Shown here piece by piece: positions 1-8,411 of a stretch of 64,000 bases of DNA. The notes beneath the pieces were generated by a model, which was given only the letters and a program-made list of their open reading frames with translations, ran no database searches and was not told the origin of the DNA. The position numbers and the translations under genes were made by a program. Source of the DNA: Escherichia phage muut; sequence record NC_052657.1. The stretch is one strand, 5' to 3'. The stretch's first letter is position 1. Every line of letters begins with the position of its first letter.

Positions 1-101
1 ACAAAAAAGGGTATGTTTCTGTTGACAATGGTGTTACGTGGGTACAAAATGGCACTTCAGAACAACTGATCAAGGCTTTACCTTACTATGAGGAGGTTTA
101 A
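1..101 (+). CDS. 3' end of an upstream gene (partial, hypothetical)
   Basis: Frame open from nt 3 to TAA at 99-101, reading ...GVTWVQNGTSEQLIKALPYYEEV; stop abuts the next ATG. Confidence 0.35.
   Translation, partial: KKGYVSVDNGVTWVQNGTSEQLIKALPYYEEV
22..50 (+). promoter_or_regulatory. sigma70-like promoter candidate (TTGACA-17-CAAAAT)
   Basis: TTGACA at 22-27, 17 nt spacer, CAAAAT at 45-50; GGAGG RBS at 90-96 before ATG 102. Confidence 0.3.
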
Positions 102-425
102 ATGTCCAACAATCTGTTTAGCGTGTCAATTGCACCGCGTGTTAATATTCGCTGTCAGTTTGTTAACTTACCAGGTGTGACACATATCACTTTAGAGTAT
201 GATCCTCGTTCACAAGAGAACCCAATTACAGGCAAGATTGATTCAGCCTACGGCGACTTTCTGATGGATCACCAAGCAATCTTATGTTGTGTGCAACGCT
301 TACAAGCAGGGTCTTTATACATCTTCAAGAAATCTGTGTTCCAGGAGATTGCTCAAGCGGTTGAGAGTGGTATGGAAACACTTAACAACATGATCGAAGC
401 CGCTAACAAAAAGGAGGTTTTATGA
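102..425 (+). CDS. hypothetical early protein
   Basis: 107 aa ORF, GAGGAGG RBS, stop overlaps next start. Confidence 0.55.
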   Translation: MSNNLFSVSIAPRVNIRCQFVNLPGVTHITLEYDPRSQENPITGKIDSAYGDFLMDHQAILCCVQRLQAGSLYIFKKSVFQEIAQAVESGMETLNNMIEAANKKEVL

Positions 426-679
426 CACTTTATCATGTAACTACCGAAGGTGATTGCGAAGGTCGTACCACAAAAGATTTAGGGTATGTCGAAGCAGATT
501 CGCCTGAACATGCAATTAAGTATCTGCACTCTATTGGTAAGTATGCTTATTATGAATATTATATCCATGAAATTGAGGAAAATCCTATACAAGTAGCAAC
601 ACCTATGGTAGAGTTGGAACATCTTAAAGCAAAAGTTAAAACTGGCAGCACATCTGGATTTAAGGGGGTAGTACAATGA
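422..679 (+). CDS. hypothetical early protein
   Basis: 85 aa ORF, ATGA overlap with upstream gene. Confidence 0.5.
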   Translation: MTLYHVTTEGDCEGRTTKDLGYVEADSPEHAIKYLHSIGKYAYYEYYIHEIEENPIQVATPMVELEHLKAKVKTGSTSGFKGVVQ

Positions 680-945
680 AAATTCGTGATAATATTGCAG
701 ACTACATTGTAACTTGTGAAGATGGTACAGACGTTTTGCTTCCGCAACCAATTGTTTGGGAGGATGGTGAAATGTACCGTATAGCTACGGAACATTATAA
801 AGGTATTGACATTAAAGCTCTTTGTGCTATGCTTGTCGAAGATCAAGAATCTGATCTCTCAGTTGTAACATATCAAGATGTGTATGAAATCTGTGAAACT
901 TTACTACAAATGCATGAAGATGGACAAGAGGTGTTTCCAAAATGA
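676..945 (+). CDS. hypothetical early protein
   Basis: 89 aa ORF, ATGA overlap, acidic. Confidence 0.5.
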   Translation: MKIRDNIADYIVTCEDGTDVLLPQPIVWEDGEMYRIATEHYKGIDIKALCAMLVEDQESDLSVVTYQDVYEICETLLQMHEDGQEVFPK

Positions 946-1142
946 CAGAATGGGTAAAAGTAGAAGACCCATACGATATCCCACTAGGTGAGTATGTGGT
1001 GGTAATGGAAGATGGTGGAAAAGGGTATTGTGAAGTGCATAAAAGTATGTCTGGTAAGATTATTGTGGTGAACCATCATTTTCACTTTGATTACCCTCCT
1101 ATTGTGGCATATATGCCTTTACCTAAATATGAAGGGGATTAA
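942..1142 (+). CDS. hypothetical early protein
   Basis: 66 aa ORF, ATGA overlap. Confidence 0.45.
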   Translation: MTEWVKVEDPYDIPLGEYVVVMEDGGKGYCEVHKSMSGKIIVVNHHFHFDYPPIVAYMPLPKYEGD

Positions 1143-1289
1143 ATGTTATTCTTTAGACTTAATATTGCTTTTTGTTTGTTTGCAAACATTGCATTCTGGG
1201 TATTGGGTAGTGTAAAATTAGGCTACTTCTTTATTGTACTACAAGCTATTTGTTTAGCTGGTCAAATAATCACTAAGGGGCGAGTATGA
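1143..1289 (+). CDS. small hydrophobic membrane protein (48 aa, not in ORF track)
   Basis: ATG 1143 directly after TAA 1140-1142; translation MLFFRLNIAFCLFANIAFWVLGSVKLGYFFIVLQAICLAGQIITKGRV; TGA overlaps ATG 1286. Confidence 0.4.
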   Translation: MLFFRLNIAFCLFANIAFWVLGSVKLGYFFIVLQAICLAGQIITKGRV

Positions 1290-1714
1290 CACAACAAATC
1301 CAAGATAAATTTAATGAACTCTATCCAGCAAGCGAAAGCGGCACTCATAACGTGCGTAAATCGCTCTATAACGTCTTTAAAGCAGGATGGGAGGCTTGCC
1401 TTCAGGCTCAAGAAAAACCAGTGTCAGGGACGCGTAACGGCTTTTATATCCCGATTGTTGAAAGTGAGGAAGGATGGGGTAGCAAACATGATGGTTATAT
1501 GGTAGGATTCACCATAGAAGATCTTGAAGAACGCCGTAAAGTCTTTGAGGCAGCTAATACAGAAAAGTATGGCTACTATTATGAACGACCTGTTCGTTAC
1601 ATTCCTGTTGTGCTTAGTCCTAAAGCTGTTGAAACAATGTCTGCAACAGAAAAAGAAAGGACTCGCCATTGTGTATGGTTTGATGATATTGACGATTTTC
1701 GATTTGGAGAATAA
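1286..1714 (+). CDS. hypothetical protein
   Basis: 142 aa ORF. Confidence 0.55.
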   Translation: MTQQIQDKFNELYPASESGTHNVRKSLYNVFKAGWEACLQAQEKPVSGTRNGFYIPIVESEEGWGSKHDGYMVGFTIEDLEERRKVFEAANTEKYGYYYERPVRYIPVVLSPKAVETMSATEKERTRHCVWFDDIDDFRFGE

Positions 1715-1717
1715 TTT

Positions 1718-1990
1718 ATGAAAAATAAACACCCTTACTATCAACTATTGCATGTACTGCGCCGATTGCGCAATAAGCAGATTGAAGATTTCCGTCACTT
1801 CAAGCGTGATCGTGTGAATCGTCAATGGATGGATCATCGTTTCTTCTCTTTAACTGTACGTAAGTTCCGTGAAGAGATTAAGAAGACAGACCAGGTAATT
1901 GCAGGTGCTAAACGTGCAATCTCTATGTCAAAAATCACAGGTGTAAATCATATGTACGACTTCAAAACAGATTCTGTTGTACCTATGTAA
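1718..1990 (+). CDS. hypothetical basic protein
   Basis: 90 aa ORF, Arg/Lys rich. Confidence 0.5.
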   Translation: MKNKHPYYQLLHVLRRLRNKQIEDFRHFKRDRVNRQWMDHRFFSLTVRKFREEIKKTDQVIAGAKRAISMSKITGVNHMYDFKTDSVVPM

Positions 1991-2019
1991 AAGTATTTTG
2001 TAAAGTTTTGTGGAGAGTA

Positions 2020-2048
2020 TTGACTTTTTCAGAAAAACATGCTACCCT
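2020..2048 (+). promoter_or_regulatory. promoter candidate with TTGACTTT -35 box
   Basis: TTGACT at 2020-2025; -10 region weak (TACCCT). Confidence 0.2.
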
Positions 2049-2078
2049 AAACCTGAAAGGTGACGAGCGAAGCGAGTT

Positions 2079-2154
2079 AGTATTCTCTATAGATATTGTT
2101 CCTGTCACTCATGGAGGGGCAGGAACAGAGTATATTACTGTATAGGAGAATACT
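2079..2154 (+). promoter_or_regulatory. structured 5' leader that could sequester the RBS of the 2155 gene
   Basis: AGTATTCTC 2079-2087 is complementary to GAGAATACT 2146-2154 (covers the SD and abuts ATG 2155); nested hairpin GTTCCTG 2098-2104 / CAGGAAC 2120-2126. Confidence 0.35.
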
Positions 2155-2421
2155 ATGGATGTTACTACACTAAGGTTTATACTTCTCTTCTTACTTATAG
2201 TTATAGGTTTAATTGTTATACCATATCTATATGTCTACATGTTATCTCGTAAGTATGGTTATGATCGTATACCATTTTACTATTTAATACCTGTCTTAGT
2301 TATCTATCTATTTCTCTTTTGTAGATATTGTCCTGAACTAGTTCCTGAACACTGGAAGTTAGAACCTGTTGAAGTTTACCATTGTGAATGGAAGACAGAA
2401 TACAGATCTAACAGTAATTAG
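2155..2421 (+). CDS. small integral membrane protein
   Basis: 88 aa, two long hydrophobic segments. Confidence 0.55.
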   Translation: MDVTTLRFILLFLLIVIGLIVIPYLYVYMLSRKYGYDRIPFYYLIPVLVIYLFLFCRYCPELVPEHWKLEPVEVYHCEWKTEYRSNSN

Positions 2422-2424
2422 TTA

Positions 2425-2453
2425 TTGACTCTATCTACTAAATAATCTAGACT
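2425..2453 (+). promoter_or_regulatory. promoter candidate (TTGACT-17-TAGACT)
   Basis: TTGACT 2425-2430, 17 nt spacer, TAGACT 2448-2453, upstream of small ORF 2482. Confidence 0.25.
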
Positions 2454-2481
2454 CTATGTAAAATTTACTAAGGAGACTACT

Positions 2482-2646
2482 ATGCAAAACATTTCTATCA
2501 CTAAAACAAAAAGATCTGTACCTAAACTTACTCACTCTACATATCCTGTTATCATCCGTAAAGGAAAAGAATGGATTAAAGATGATCATGGTGGTTATGT
2601 AGAAGTGTCAAAGCTGAAAGAAGCAGAAGTTAACTTTGTACGCTAA
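2482..2646 (+). CDS. small hypothetical protein (54 aa, not in ORF track)
   Basis: AGGAGA RBS then ATG 2482; MQNISITKTKRSVPKLTHSTYPVIIRKGKEWIKDDHGGYVEVSKLKEAEVNFVR. Confidence 0.45.
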   Translation: MQNISITKTKRSVPKLTHSTYPVIIRKGKEWIKDDHGGYVEVSKLKEAEVNFVR

Positions 2647-2656
2647 GGAGTAGATT

Positions 2657-2938
2657 ATGACCGAAGAATTTAAGCAATGGTTTGATAAAACCTTCCCACC
2701 ACATATGTGGCCTAACGAAGAAGAACGTCAAGAAGTGATGATCTACACTTGGCTTGCTTGGCGGGATGGTATCCGTAGCAAAGAAGCCCAGGAAGAGGAA
2801 CCTATTGCTTACATCTTTAAACATCCAGCAGGTAAGTTGTTTTGGGCTTTAACAGATGAAAGTAATAAAGATCACAATGATGTTATTCCTGTGTATGCCA
2901 AGAACAATGTAAAGGATCAATCAGATGATAATGTATAG
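2657..2938 (+). CDS. hypothetical protein
   Basis: 93 aa ORF with RBS. Confidence 0.5.
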   Translation: MTEEFKQWFDKTFPPHMWPNEEERQEVMIYTWLAWRDGIRSKEAQEEEPIAYIFKHPAGKLFWALTDESNKDHNDVIPVYAKNNVKDQSDDNV

Positions 2939-3257
2939 CATATGGGGTAGAATGGGCGAAGACCATGATTACTATTGTTTGAAAAGTAATGTTGAACAGA
3001 CAGATGTTGATAAAATCATAAAGCACTACCTGAAAACATGGCGTGAAGTGGAGTTTAGAGAGTTTGCTATCCTCCATAGTCAAGAAGGAGAAAAGGAGAT
3101 AGACATGAGTACACTAACTAAAGCAGTACAAACGCATAAAGAATATGAGGAAGCAGTTAAAGATGAAGTAAACCACGAGGATCAACTATACAAAGATATA
3201 AAGAGTGGTTGTGGGAACAAATTCGTTGTGGTAAAATCACTCTTGAGGGTTTGTTAG
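2925..3257 (+). CDS. hypothetical protein; 3' end overlaps the next ORF
   Basis: 110 aa ORF; 49 nt overlap with 3209..3427. Confidence 0.4.
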   Translation: MIMYSIWGRMGEDHDYYCLKSNVEQTDVDKIIKHYLKTWREVEFREFAILHSQEGEKEIDMSTLTKAVQTHKEYEEAVKDEVNHEDQLYKDIKSGCGNKFVVVKSLLRVC

Positions 3258-3427
3258 AATTAGAAGGGAAAGACTTAGTTTGCTTCTGCGCACCTCAACC
3301 TTGTCATGGTGATGTGTTGGTAGCAGCGGTTGCTTGGGCTAGAACAGAGTGGGATAAAAGGCATCCTACTTACACAGATGATTATTGGATTTGGGAGGAT
3401 ATTTATGAAGACTACACAAGAAATTAA
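3209..3427 (+). CDS. small Cys/His motif protein (DUF4326-like C-terminal half)
   Basis: TTG start only; motif GKDLVCFCAPQPCHGDVL recalls the CWCxPxxCHGDVL signature of small phage proteins. Confidence 0.35.
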   Translation: MWEQIRCGKITLEGLLELEGKDLVCFCAPQPCHGDVLVAAVAWARTEWDKRHPTYTDDYWIWEDIYEDYTRN

Positions 3428-3770
3428 CGTATTTGATCTGTCAGGTTTAGATATGGAAAAAGCAACCCTGTATCATCACGATAAAGATAACATTACGTAC
3501 ATCTACATCGGAGCAGATAAATATAACATTCCTGAAAACTCCTTGGCAGTAGCGAAGAAAGGGAATATGCCTTTGCAAGAGAAGATGATTGGTTTTTCCT
3601 TTCGTCAAGATGTTAAGCTGGATGGCGTTATTGCTATCTTCCAGGTGGACGAGTTTTATATGGTTACTTTTGTCACACCAAATTTCACCAATATCAATGG
3701 GGAAGAGGCAGCAAACGATGTTATTGTTCTAAATTTGGGTAATGCCTTAAAAGATTTAGAAAACGTTTAA
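3405..3770 (+). CDS. hypothetical protein
   Basis: In-frame ATG 3405 with GGGAGG RBS (ORF track start 3330 is probably too early). Confidence 0.45.
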   Translation: MKTTQEINVFDLSGLDMEKATLYHHDKDNITYIYIGADKYNIPENSLAVAKKGNMPLQEKMIGFSFRQDVKLDGVIAIFQVDEFYMVTFVTPNFTNINGEEAANDVIVLNLGNALKDLENV

Positions 3771-3791
3771 TAAACCAATAAGGAAAATATA

Positions 3792-4307
3792 ATGTTTTTT
3801 GATGCTCAATCTCCACTTGTTGACTCTGTAAGCAGAGCGGTAATATACCCAGACTTTGATGAAAGAGAAATATGGCTTAAGGAACACCACTATGATCCAG
3901 AAAATGTCAACTGGTGTAATCTGGATGTTGGTAAGTATCCGCGAGATAAGGGCATCTTGAAATATTATGCTTGCTACACGGTGGATAACATCTATGAATA
4001 CTACGTGTTTCGTAGTTTGATTATCCATCTAAATAAATTGGGTGCTCTAACAGGGGATTCTCAATTCACTCTAGGCCACTATAAACCATTTAAAAAAGGT
4101 GGAGAGCACTTTCCAAGCAATTGGATTATACAAACATTAAAAGATAATTCTCGTGCTAGTGATGTTATACCGGACAAAAAAGAAAAGTGGACATGGCATG
4201 AGCAAATGGAGTATATTATACAACATATGCCACAACGTGTATTGTACGAGGAAAAGTTGGTCAACCGTTGTGCCGAGTTAATACAAATTGTTAAGGGGTT
4301 TTACTAG
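3792..4307 (+). CDS. hypothetical protein
   Basis: 171 aa ORF, AGGAAA RBS. Confidence 0.55.
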   Translation: MFFDAQSPLVDSVSRAVIYPDFDEREIWLKEHHYDPENVNWCNLDVGKYPRDKGILKYYACYTVDNIYEYYVFRSLIIHLNKLGALTGDSQFTLGHYKPFKKGGEHFPSNWIIQTLKDNSRASDVIPDKKEKWTWHEQMEYIIQHMPQRVLYEEKLVNRCAELIQIVKGFY

Positions 4308-4315
4308 GGGGAAAT

Positions 4316-4792
4316 ATGTCTAAACGTTTTGGTCGTAATCAAAAAAGAAAGTTAAGTGCTCAACTAGCAGCTTTGCAAAAAGAGGTTAACACTTTACAAA
4401 AAAGTGTTTGTGAACTTAAGGAACAAAACCAACTTGAAAAAGAGTGTATCCAGCTTACACAGGAAGTTATTGGTGAGTATTTTCCTTCACTAGTTCCTAA
4501 GAAGGTGGCTCTTAGGGAAAATCTACCTTTTACCTTGTCCTTGATGCAAGCAAATAATAGATTCCAAACTGAAACTGATGATTTGATGTTTGCAATGCAT
4601 CAATTACATGGTTTAGAATATACAGCACAAGTGGATAAACTTCGTAACATGTTATATGTGCGGGTAGAAACACCTAAAGGTGAGACAGTAGCTTTTAATT
4701 ATAATTTCCAACAGCTACCTGATCATATTATTGAACAAATTTTAAAACGAGATTTTGTTCCTATGCTTGTTAAACAAATTAAGAGAGGTTGA
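4316..4792 (+). CDS. hypothetical protein with coiled-coil N-terminus
   Basis: 158 aa ORF. Confidence 0.55.
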   Translation: MSKRFGRNQKRKLSAQLAALQKEVNTLQKSVCELKEQNQLEKECIQLTQEVIGEYFPSLVPKKVALRENLPFTLSLMQANNRFQTETDDLMFAMHQLHGLEYTAQVDKLRNMLYVRVETPKGETVAFNYNFQQLPDHIIEQILKRDFVPMLVKQIKRG

Positions 4793-4793
4793 A

Positions 4794-7568
4794 ATGGCTA
4801 AGAAAGAGTTGAGCTTCACTCCAACAGAAGAGCAAACAGCTATTAAGGAGGCTTTTCCAGACCATCGCTTTTTAACTATCCAAGCTAAATCTGGATCAGG
4901 CAAAACGTCAACACTTTATTTGCTGGCTAACAGTACAGAAGATCGCATTCTTTACTTAGCTTTCAATAAAAGCATGGCAGAAGAAGCACGACGTAAGATG
5001 CCACCAAATGTAGAATGCCGTACATTGCATTCTATTTGCTATCAATTCCTGGATCATCGTTTACGTGCAAAACTGTCACGACCAGAAGGACAGTATGTTA
5101 ACGTTGCAGGTACAGGTAGTGAGATAGCAAAGAAATTTAAGATTAATAATCTTATTGATAAACGAGGGAAAACACTTTTAACTCGTGCCATGATTGGTTT
5201 AATGATCAAGCAAACAGTAGGTAAGTTTGAATTTTCGGATGATCCTTTTATCAGCCGTAAACATTTTCCTAGTGTACATCTTGCAGATATTAAAAGAAAA
5301 GGTATTAACGAACACAAACTAATTACAGAAGTAGTTAAGTATGCAAAACAATTGTGGCGAGAGCGCATTGATCCTAATACAGATACTTTGATGACGCATG
5401 ACACCTATGTAAAATTGTTTGAATTGTCTGGTGCTGATCTTGGTTATGATATTATTTTTGGTGATGAATTCCAGGATGTTAACCCTGCATTCTTGTCTAT
5501 TTTGCGAAATGCTAAATCTGCAAAACAAATTGTGGTAGTTGGCGATGAATTCCAATGTGTGTCAGAAAACACGGTACTTAATACCGAGAATGGTCAGGTT
5601 ACAATGAAAGACCTGCAAATCGGTGATAAGGTAGAGTCTTATTCTAATGGTAAAGTTACATTTAGAAAAGTAACAAATAAAACTTTATCTACACGTACAA
5701 AAGGTAGGAATATTATTACTACTAAAGGTAAAACTTTAGATATGACACATAATCATCGTATTTGGGCTTCACCTTATGTTCTGAAAGATGATCAAATGGT
5801 GGTATATCTAATGTGGAGGAAAGATTTAGGTTTCCGAGTAGGAATTACTAACAAATTCGATGATAAAGAAGGTTTTTCTAAACTGGGGCAACGTACACGT
5901 TCTGAAAAAGCACAGAAATTATGGGTGTTGGATATTGTTGAAAATCGCGAAGCTGCTATGGAAAAAGAAATGGCATACAGTTTACAATATGGCATTCCTA
6001 CTTGTGTATTTGAAGCAAGTTCACGCGGCATTAATCAAGAAAGGATCAATAACATCTTTGAACAATTCGGACAAAATGGTTTTAAACTTTTAGAGGATAA
6101 AGATTATCATTTTGCTTATCCACACTGGCACAGCATCAATTGTGCAGTAGATGAAAGAAAAATGCTAACAGTGACTTTGCGAGCACAAGGTTGTAAAGGA
6201 ACACAAGTTAGTTTTGAGTGGACAGAAAGTGAAATGCCGATCTATTCTTCACTGATTAAAGCAGGTGTAAGCGTAAGTGCTGCTAAATTGGAAGGTCGTT
6301 ACCGTGTACGTAAATATTTCAATTCTTATCGTGAAGCATTGAGTTTTGCACAAAAGATCCTTGAAATAGTTCCGTTTGCATCTTTAAAAGAATGCATGTC
6401 CTCTGTGAACAGTGCCAAATATAACTTAATTCCGGCAGCGGGTTTGTTTAAAGGCATGTCTGTGTTGGTAAAAGATGGTGATACTGTAACGGCAGAAGAG
6501 ATTGTGGACATTGTAGATAGTGAGGGTATCTATTATGATATTGAAGTAGAGGATACTGCTAACTTCTTTGGCAATGAAATTCTTAGCCACAACTGCATTT
6601 ATCAATTTAGAGGTAGCTCTAATATGATGATTGAAACAGCTAAGTATGGGGCAGAACTTCCATTAACTGCTTGCTTCCGTTTTGGCCCCAAAGTGGCAAA
6701 CATTGCCAATATGATTTTAAGCGATAAAGAACCTTTGCGTCATCCTTTGGTTGGTAAAGGCTTTGATACTGTAGTAGGTAGCTACAAATCAGATGTTGTA
6801 GACTATACAAAACCTTACACTATCATCTTTCGCAAGAATTTAACCTTGCTTATGGAGGCAATGGATCGTATTGCAGATGGGGAAGAAATTATTATTAACG
6901 TAGATACCAGGGATTTTATCTCTATGGTAGATAGTGTTAATGCTCTTCGGAGAGGAGATATTGAGAAAGTAAAACATGAAACTGTATTACCTTACGCAGA
7001 CTGGGATGAATTTGTTGAGTGTGCAGAGGCTGATCCAGATGCTAAACGCTTGTTAAACATCGTAGTTTCTGGTAAGGCGAACACTATAGCACATACACTT
7101 AGAACGCATAGAAATTCTCCTACAGCAAAAGTCACACTTACTACAGCACACAAGTCTAAAGGTTTGGAGTGGGATCAGGTTATTGTTGCTAATGATTTTC
7201 CTTCCAACTATGATAAAAAGACTGGTGAATGGGTAGGACTGGAAGAGGCAGAGCGAAACCTACTGTATGTAGCGCATACCCGTTGTGTTAAATGCTTACA
7301 ATGGAACACAACCGTACAGGAGATTATAGATATCAATCGTGTTGCAACAGAGAAAGTACCAACAAGCACCACTTTACCGATCAATGGTATTAAACTTGGT
7401 GTATTTGGCGCTGGCACATCTCGAAAAACTGTAGAAAAATTTGTTGCAGATTCTTTTGATGGTAACTATAATCATGCACAAGCATATGAGAGTTGGCTAG
7501 AGGAAGGTGAAGGTGATTTCTTAGGTGAAATAAATCTTTTACCAGACATAAATAAACTGGTAAACTAA
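4794..7568 (+). CDS. SF1 UvrD/Rep-like DNA helicase precursor, interrupted by an intein
   Basis: Motif I AKSGSGKTS, motif II FGDEFQDVN, motif III split as VVVGDEFQ / CIYQFRGSS, TAHKSKGLEWDQVIV, YVAHTRC; ATG 4794 with AGAGAGG RBS. Confidence 0.8.
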   Translation: MAKKELSFTPTEEQTAIKEAFPDHRFLTIQAKSGSGKTSTLYLLANSTEDRILYLAFNKSMAEEARRKMPPNVECRTLHSICYQFLDHRLRAKLSRPEGQYVNVAGTGSEIAKKFKINNLIDKRGKTLLTRAMIGLMIKQTVGKFEFSDDPFISRKHFPSVHLADIKRKGINEHKLITEVVKYAKQLWRERIDPNTDTLMTHDTYVKLFELSGADLGYDIIFGDEFQDVNPAFLSILRNAKSAKQIVVVGDEFQCVSENTVLNTENGQVTMKDLQIGDKVESYSNGKVTFRKVTNKTLSTRTKGRNIITTKGKTLDMTHNHRIWASPYVLKDDQMVVYLMWRKDLGFRVGITNKFDDKEGFSKLGQRTRSEKAQKLWVLDIVENREAAMEKEMAYSLQYGIPTCVFEASSRGINQERINNIFEQFGQNGFKLLEDKDYHFAYPHWHSINCAVDERKMLTVTLRAQGCKGTQVSFEWTESEMPIYSSLIKAGVSVSAAKLEGRYRVRKYFNSYREALSFAQKILEIVPFASLKECMSSVNSAKYNLIPAAGLFKGMSVLVKDGDTVTAEEIVDIVDSEGIYYDIEVEDTANFFGNEILSHNCIYQFRGSSNMMIETAKYGAELPLTACFRFGPKVANIANMILSDKEPLRHPLVGKGFDTVVGSYKSDVVDYTKPYTIIFRKNLTLLMEAMDRIADGEEIIINVDTRDFISMVDSVNALRRGDIEKVKHETVLPYADWDEFVECAEADPDAKRLLNIVVSGKANTIAHTLRTHRNSPTAKVTLTTAHKSKGLEWDQVIVANDFPSNYDKKTGEWVGLEEAERNLLYVAHTRCVKCLQWNTTVQEIIDINRVATEKVPTSTTLPINGIKLGVFGAGTSRKTVEKFVADSFDGNYNHAQAYESWLEEGEGDFLGEINLLPDINKLVN
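5556..6593 (+). mobile_element. intein (346 aa) inside helicase motif III
   Basis: Starts CVSENTVL (block A), LDMTHNHRIW (block B, TxxH), IYYDIEVEDTANFFGNEILSHN (blocks F/G) followed by Cys +1; about 250 aa insert between B and F with no recognisable LAGLIDADG. Confidence 0.75.
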
Positions 7569-7578
7569 GGGGGTTAAA

Positions 7579-7830
7579 GTGGCAGGGTATCATCTGAAGG
7601 AGATTAGCAAAGAGGAATATGGTTCTGTTGCTAAGATTCAAGAAGAGCTTTATGAACTTCAGGATGCTATTGATCAAGATTGCAAGCTGATGCAACTTAT
7701 TGAGTTATCAGATATTGTAGGCGCTGTTGAAGGTGTTCTTGAACAGCATTTTCCTGATATGACGCTTCAAGATTTGATCACTATGTCGAACATTACTAAA
7801 CGTGCATTCCGCAATGGAGGTCGCTCATGA
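7579..7830 (+). CDS. small MazG/HisE-like NTP pyrophosphohydrolase (tentative)
   Basis: 83 aa all-helical, acidic EExxE-type pattern (KIQEELYELQDAID ... ELSDIVGAVEGVLEQ). Confidence 0.3.
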   Translation: MAGYHLKEISKEEYGSVAKIQEELYELQDAIDQDCKLMQLIELSDIVGAVEGVLEQHFPDMTLQDLITMSNITKRAFRNGGRS

Positions 7831-8399
7831 ATGTTGAAGTAATAGCTCAAGCTATTGATTACTATGGTCGGTTTGCACAAATGTTGGAAGTTCCATATCT
7901 CGTGGATGCTGATATACTGGCGTACACACTACCAGAAAATAAAGAGGATCGCCCATTAGGGCATCCTAACGGTAAATATTATGTAGCCAGTGCAGAACAA
8001 TCTTTCCTGCAAATGGAGAAGGATGGTTTTGAATTTGCAGCAGGTAATCCTTATATGGCACTAACACCATGTTACCGTACAGAAGAAAATTTAGATGATA
8101 CTCATTTTAATATTTTCTTGAAATTGGAGTTGATTGAGTTCTATCCTGATGCTACAATTGAAGAGTATGCTAACTCTATGCGCTGTTTCTTCTCTACTTA
8201 CTATGGAGTTAAAACATATTTAGTACCCACTAATATTGGGGTTGACGTAGAAGATGAATATGGTTTAGAATTAGGTTCATTCGGTATAAGGGAGTCTCCA
8301 AAAGGTCATCCTTATATCTATGCAACAGGTATTGCGGAGCCTAGGGCTTCACTGGCAATAAACCGTGTTGTAAATAAGATTCAAAGCATTAGCAAATAA
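7827..8399 (+). CDS. class II aminoacyl-tRNA synthetase-like minimal core (AspRS/AsnA-like, tentative)
   Basis: CYRTEENLDD...LELIEF resembles class II motif 2 (CFRDEDL...EF); ELGSFGIRE resembles motif 3 / AsnA SSMGIRVD. Confidence 0.3.
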   Translation: MNVEVIAQAIDYYGRFAQMLEVPYLVDADILAYTLPENKEDRPLGHPNGKYYVASAEQSFLQMEKDGFEFAAGNPYMALTPCYRTEENLDDTHFNIFLKLELIEFYPDATIEEYANSMRCFFSTYYGVKTYLVPTNIGVDVEDEYGLELGSFGIRESPKGHPYIYATGIAEPRASLAINRVVNKIQSISK

Positions 8400-8411
8400 G
8401 AGGAGAATAGA

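Noticed and set aside
1991-2154. Possible tRNA or small RNA gene in the 164 nt gap before the membrane-protein gene
   Set aside because: No cloverleaf can be drawn and no T-loop GTTCRA box is present; the pairing is better read as an mRNA leader structure.
4755-4793. TTG start at 4755 for the helicase (ORF-track start)
   Set aside because: The in-frame ATG at 4794 has a proper AGAGAGG RBS; the upstream extension overlaps the preceding gene.
5054-7695. Minus-strand ORFs inside the helicase gene (5054-5404, 5319-5555, 5792-6031, 6326-6511, 7208-7417, 7390-7695)
   Set aside because: They lie antisense within a well-supported coding region, lack RBSs and have low-complexity translations; treated as spurious.
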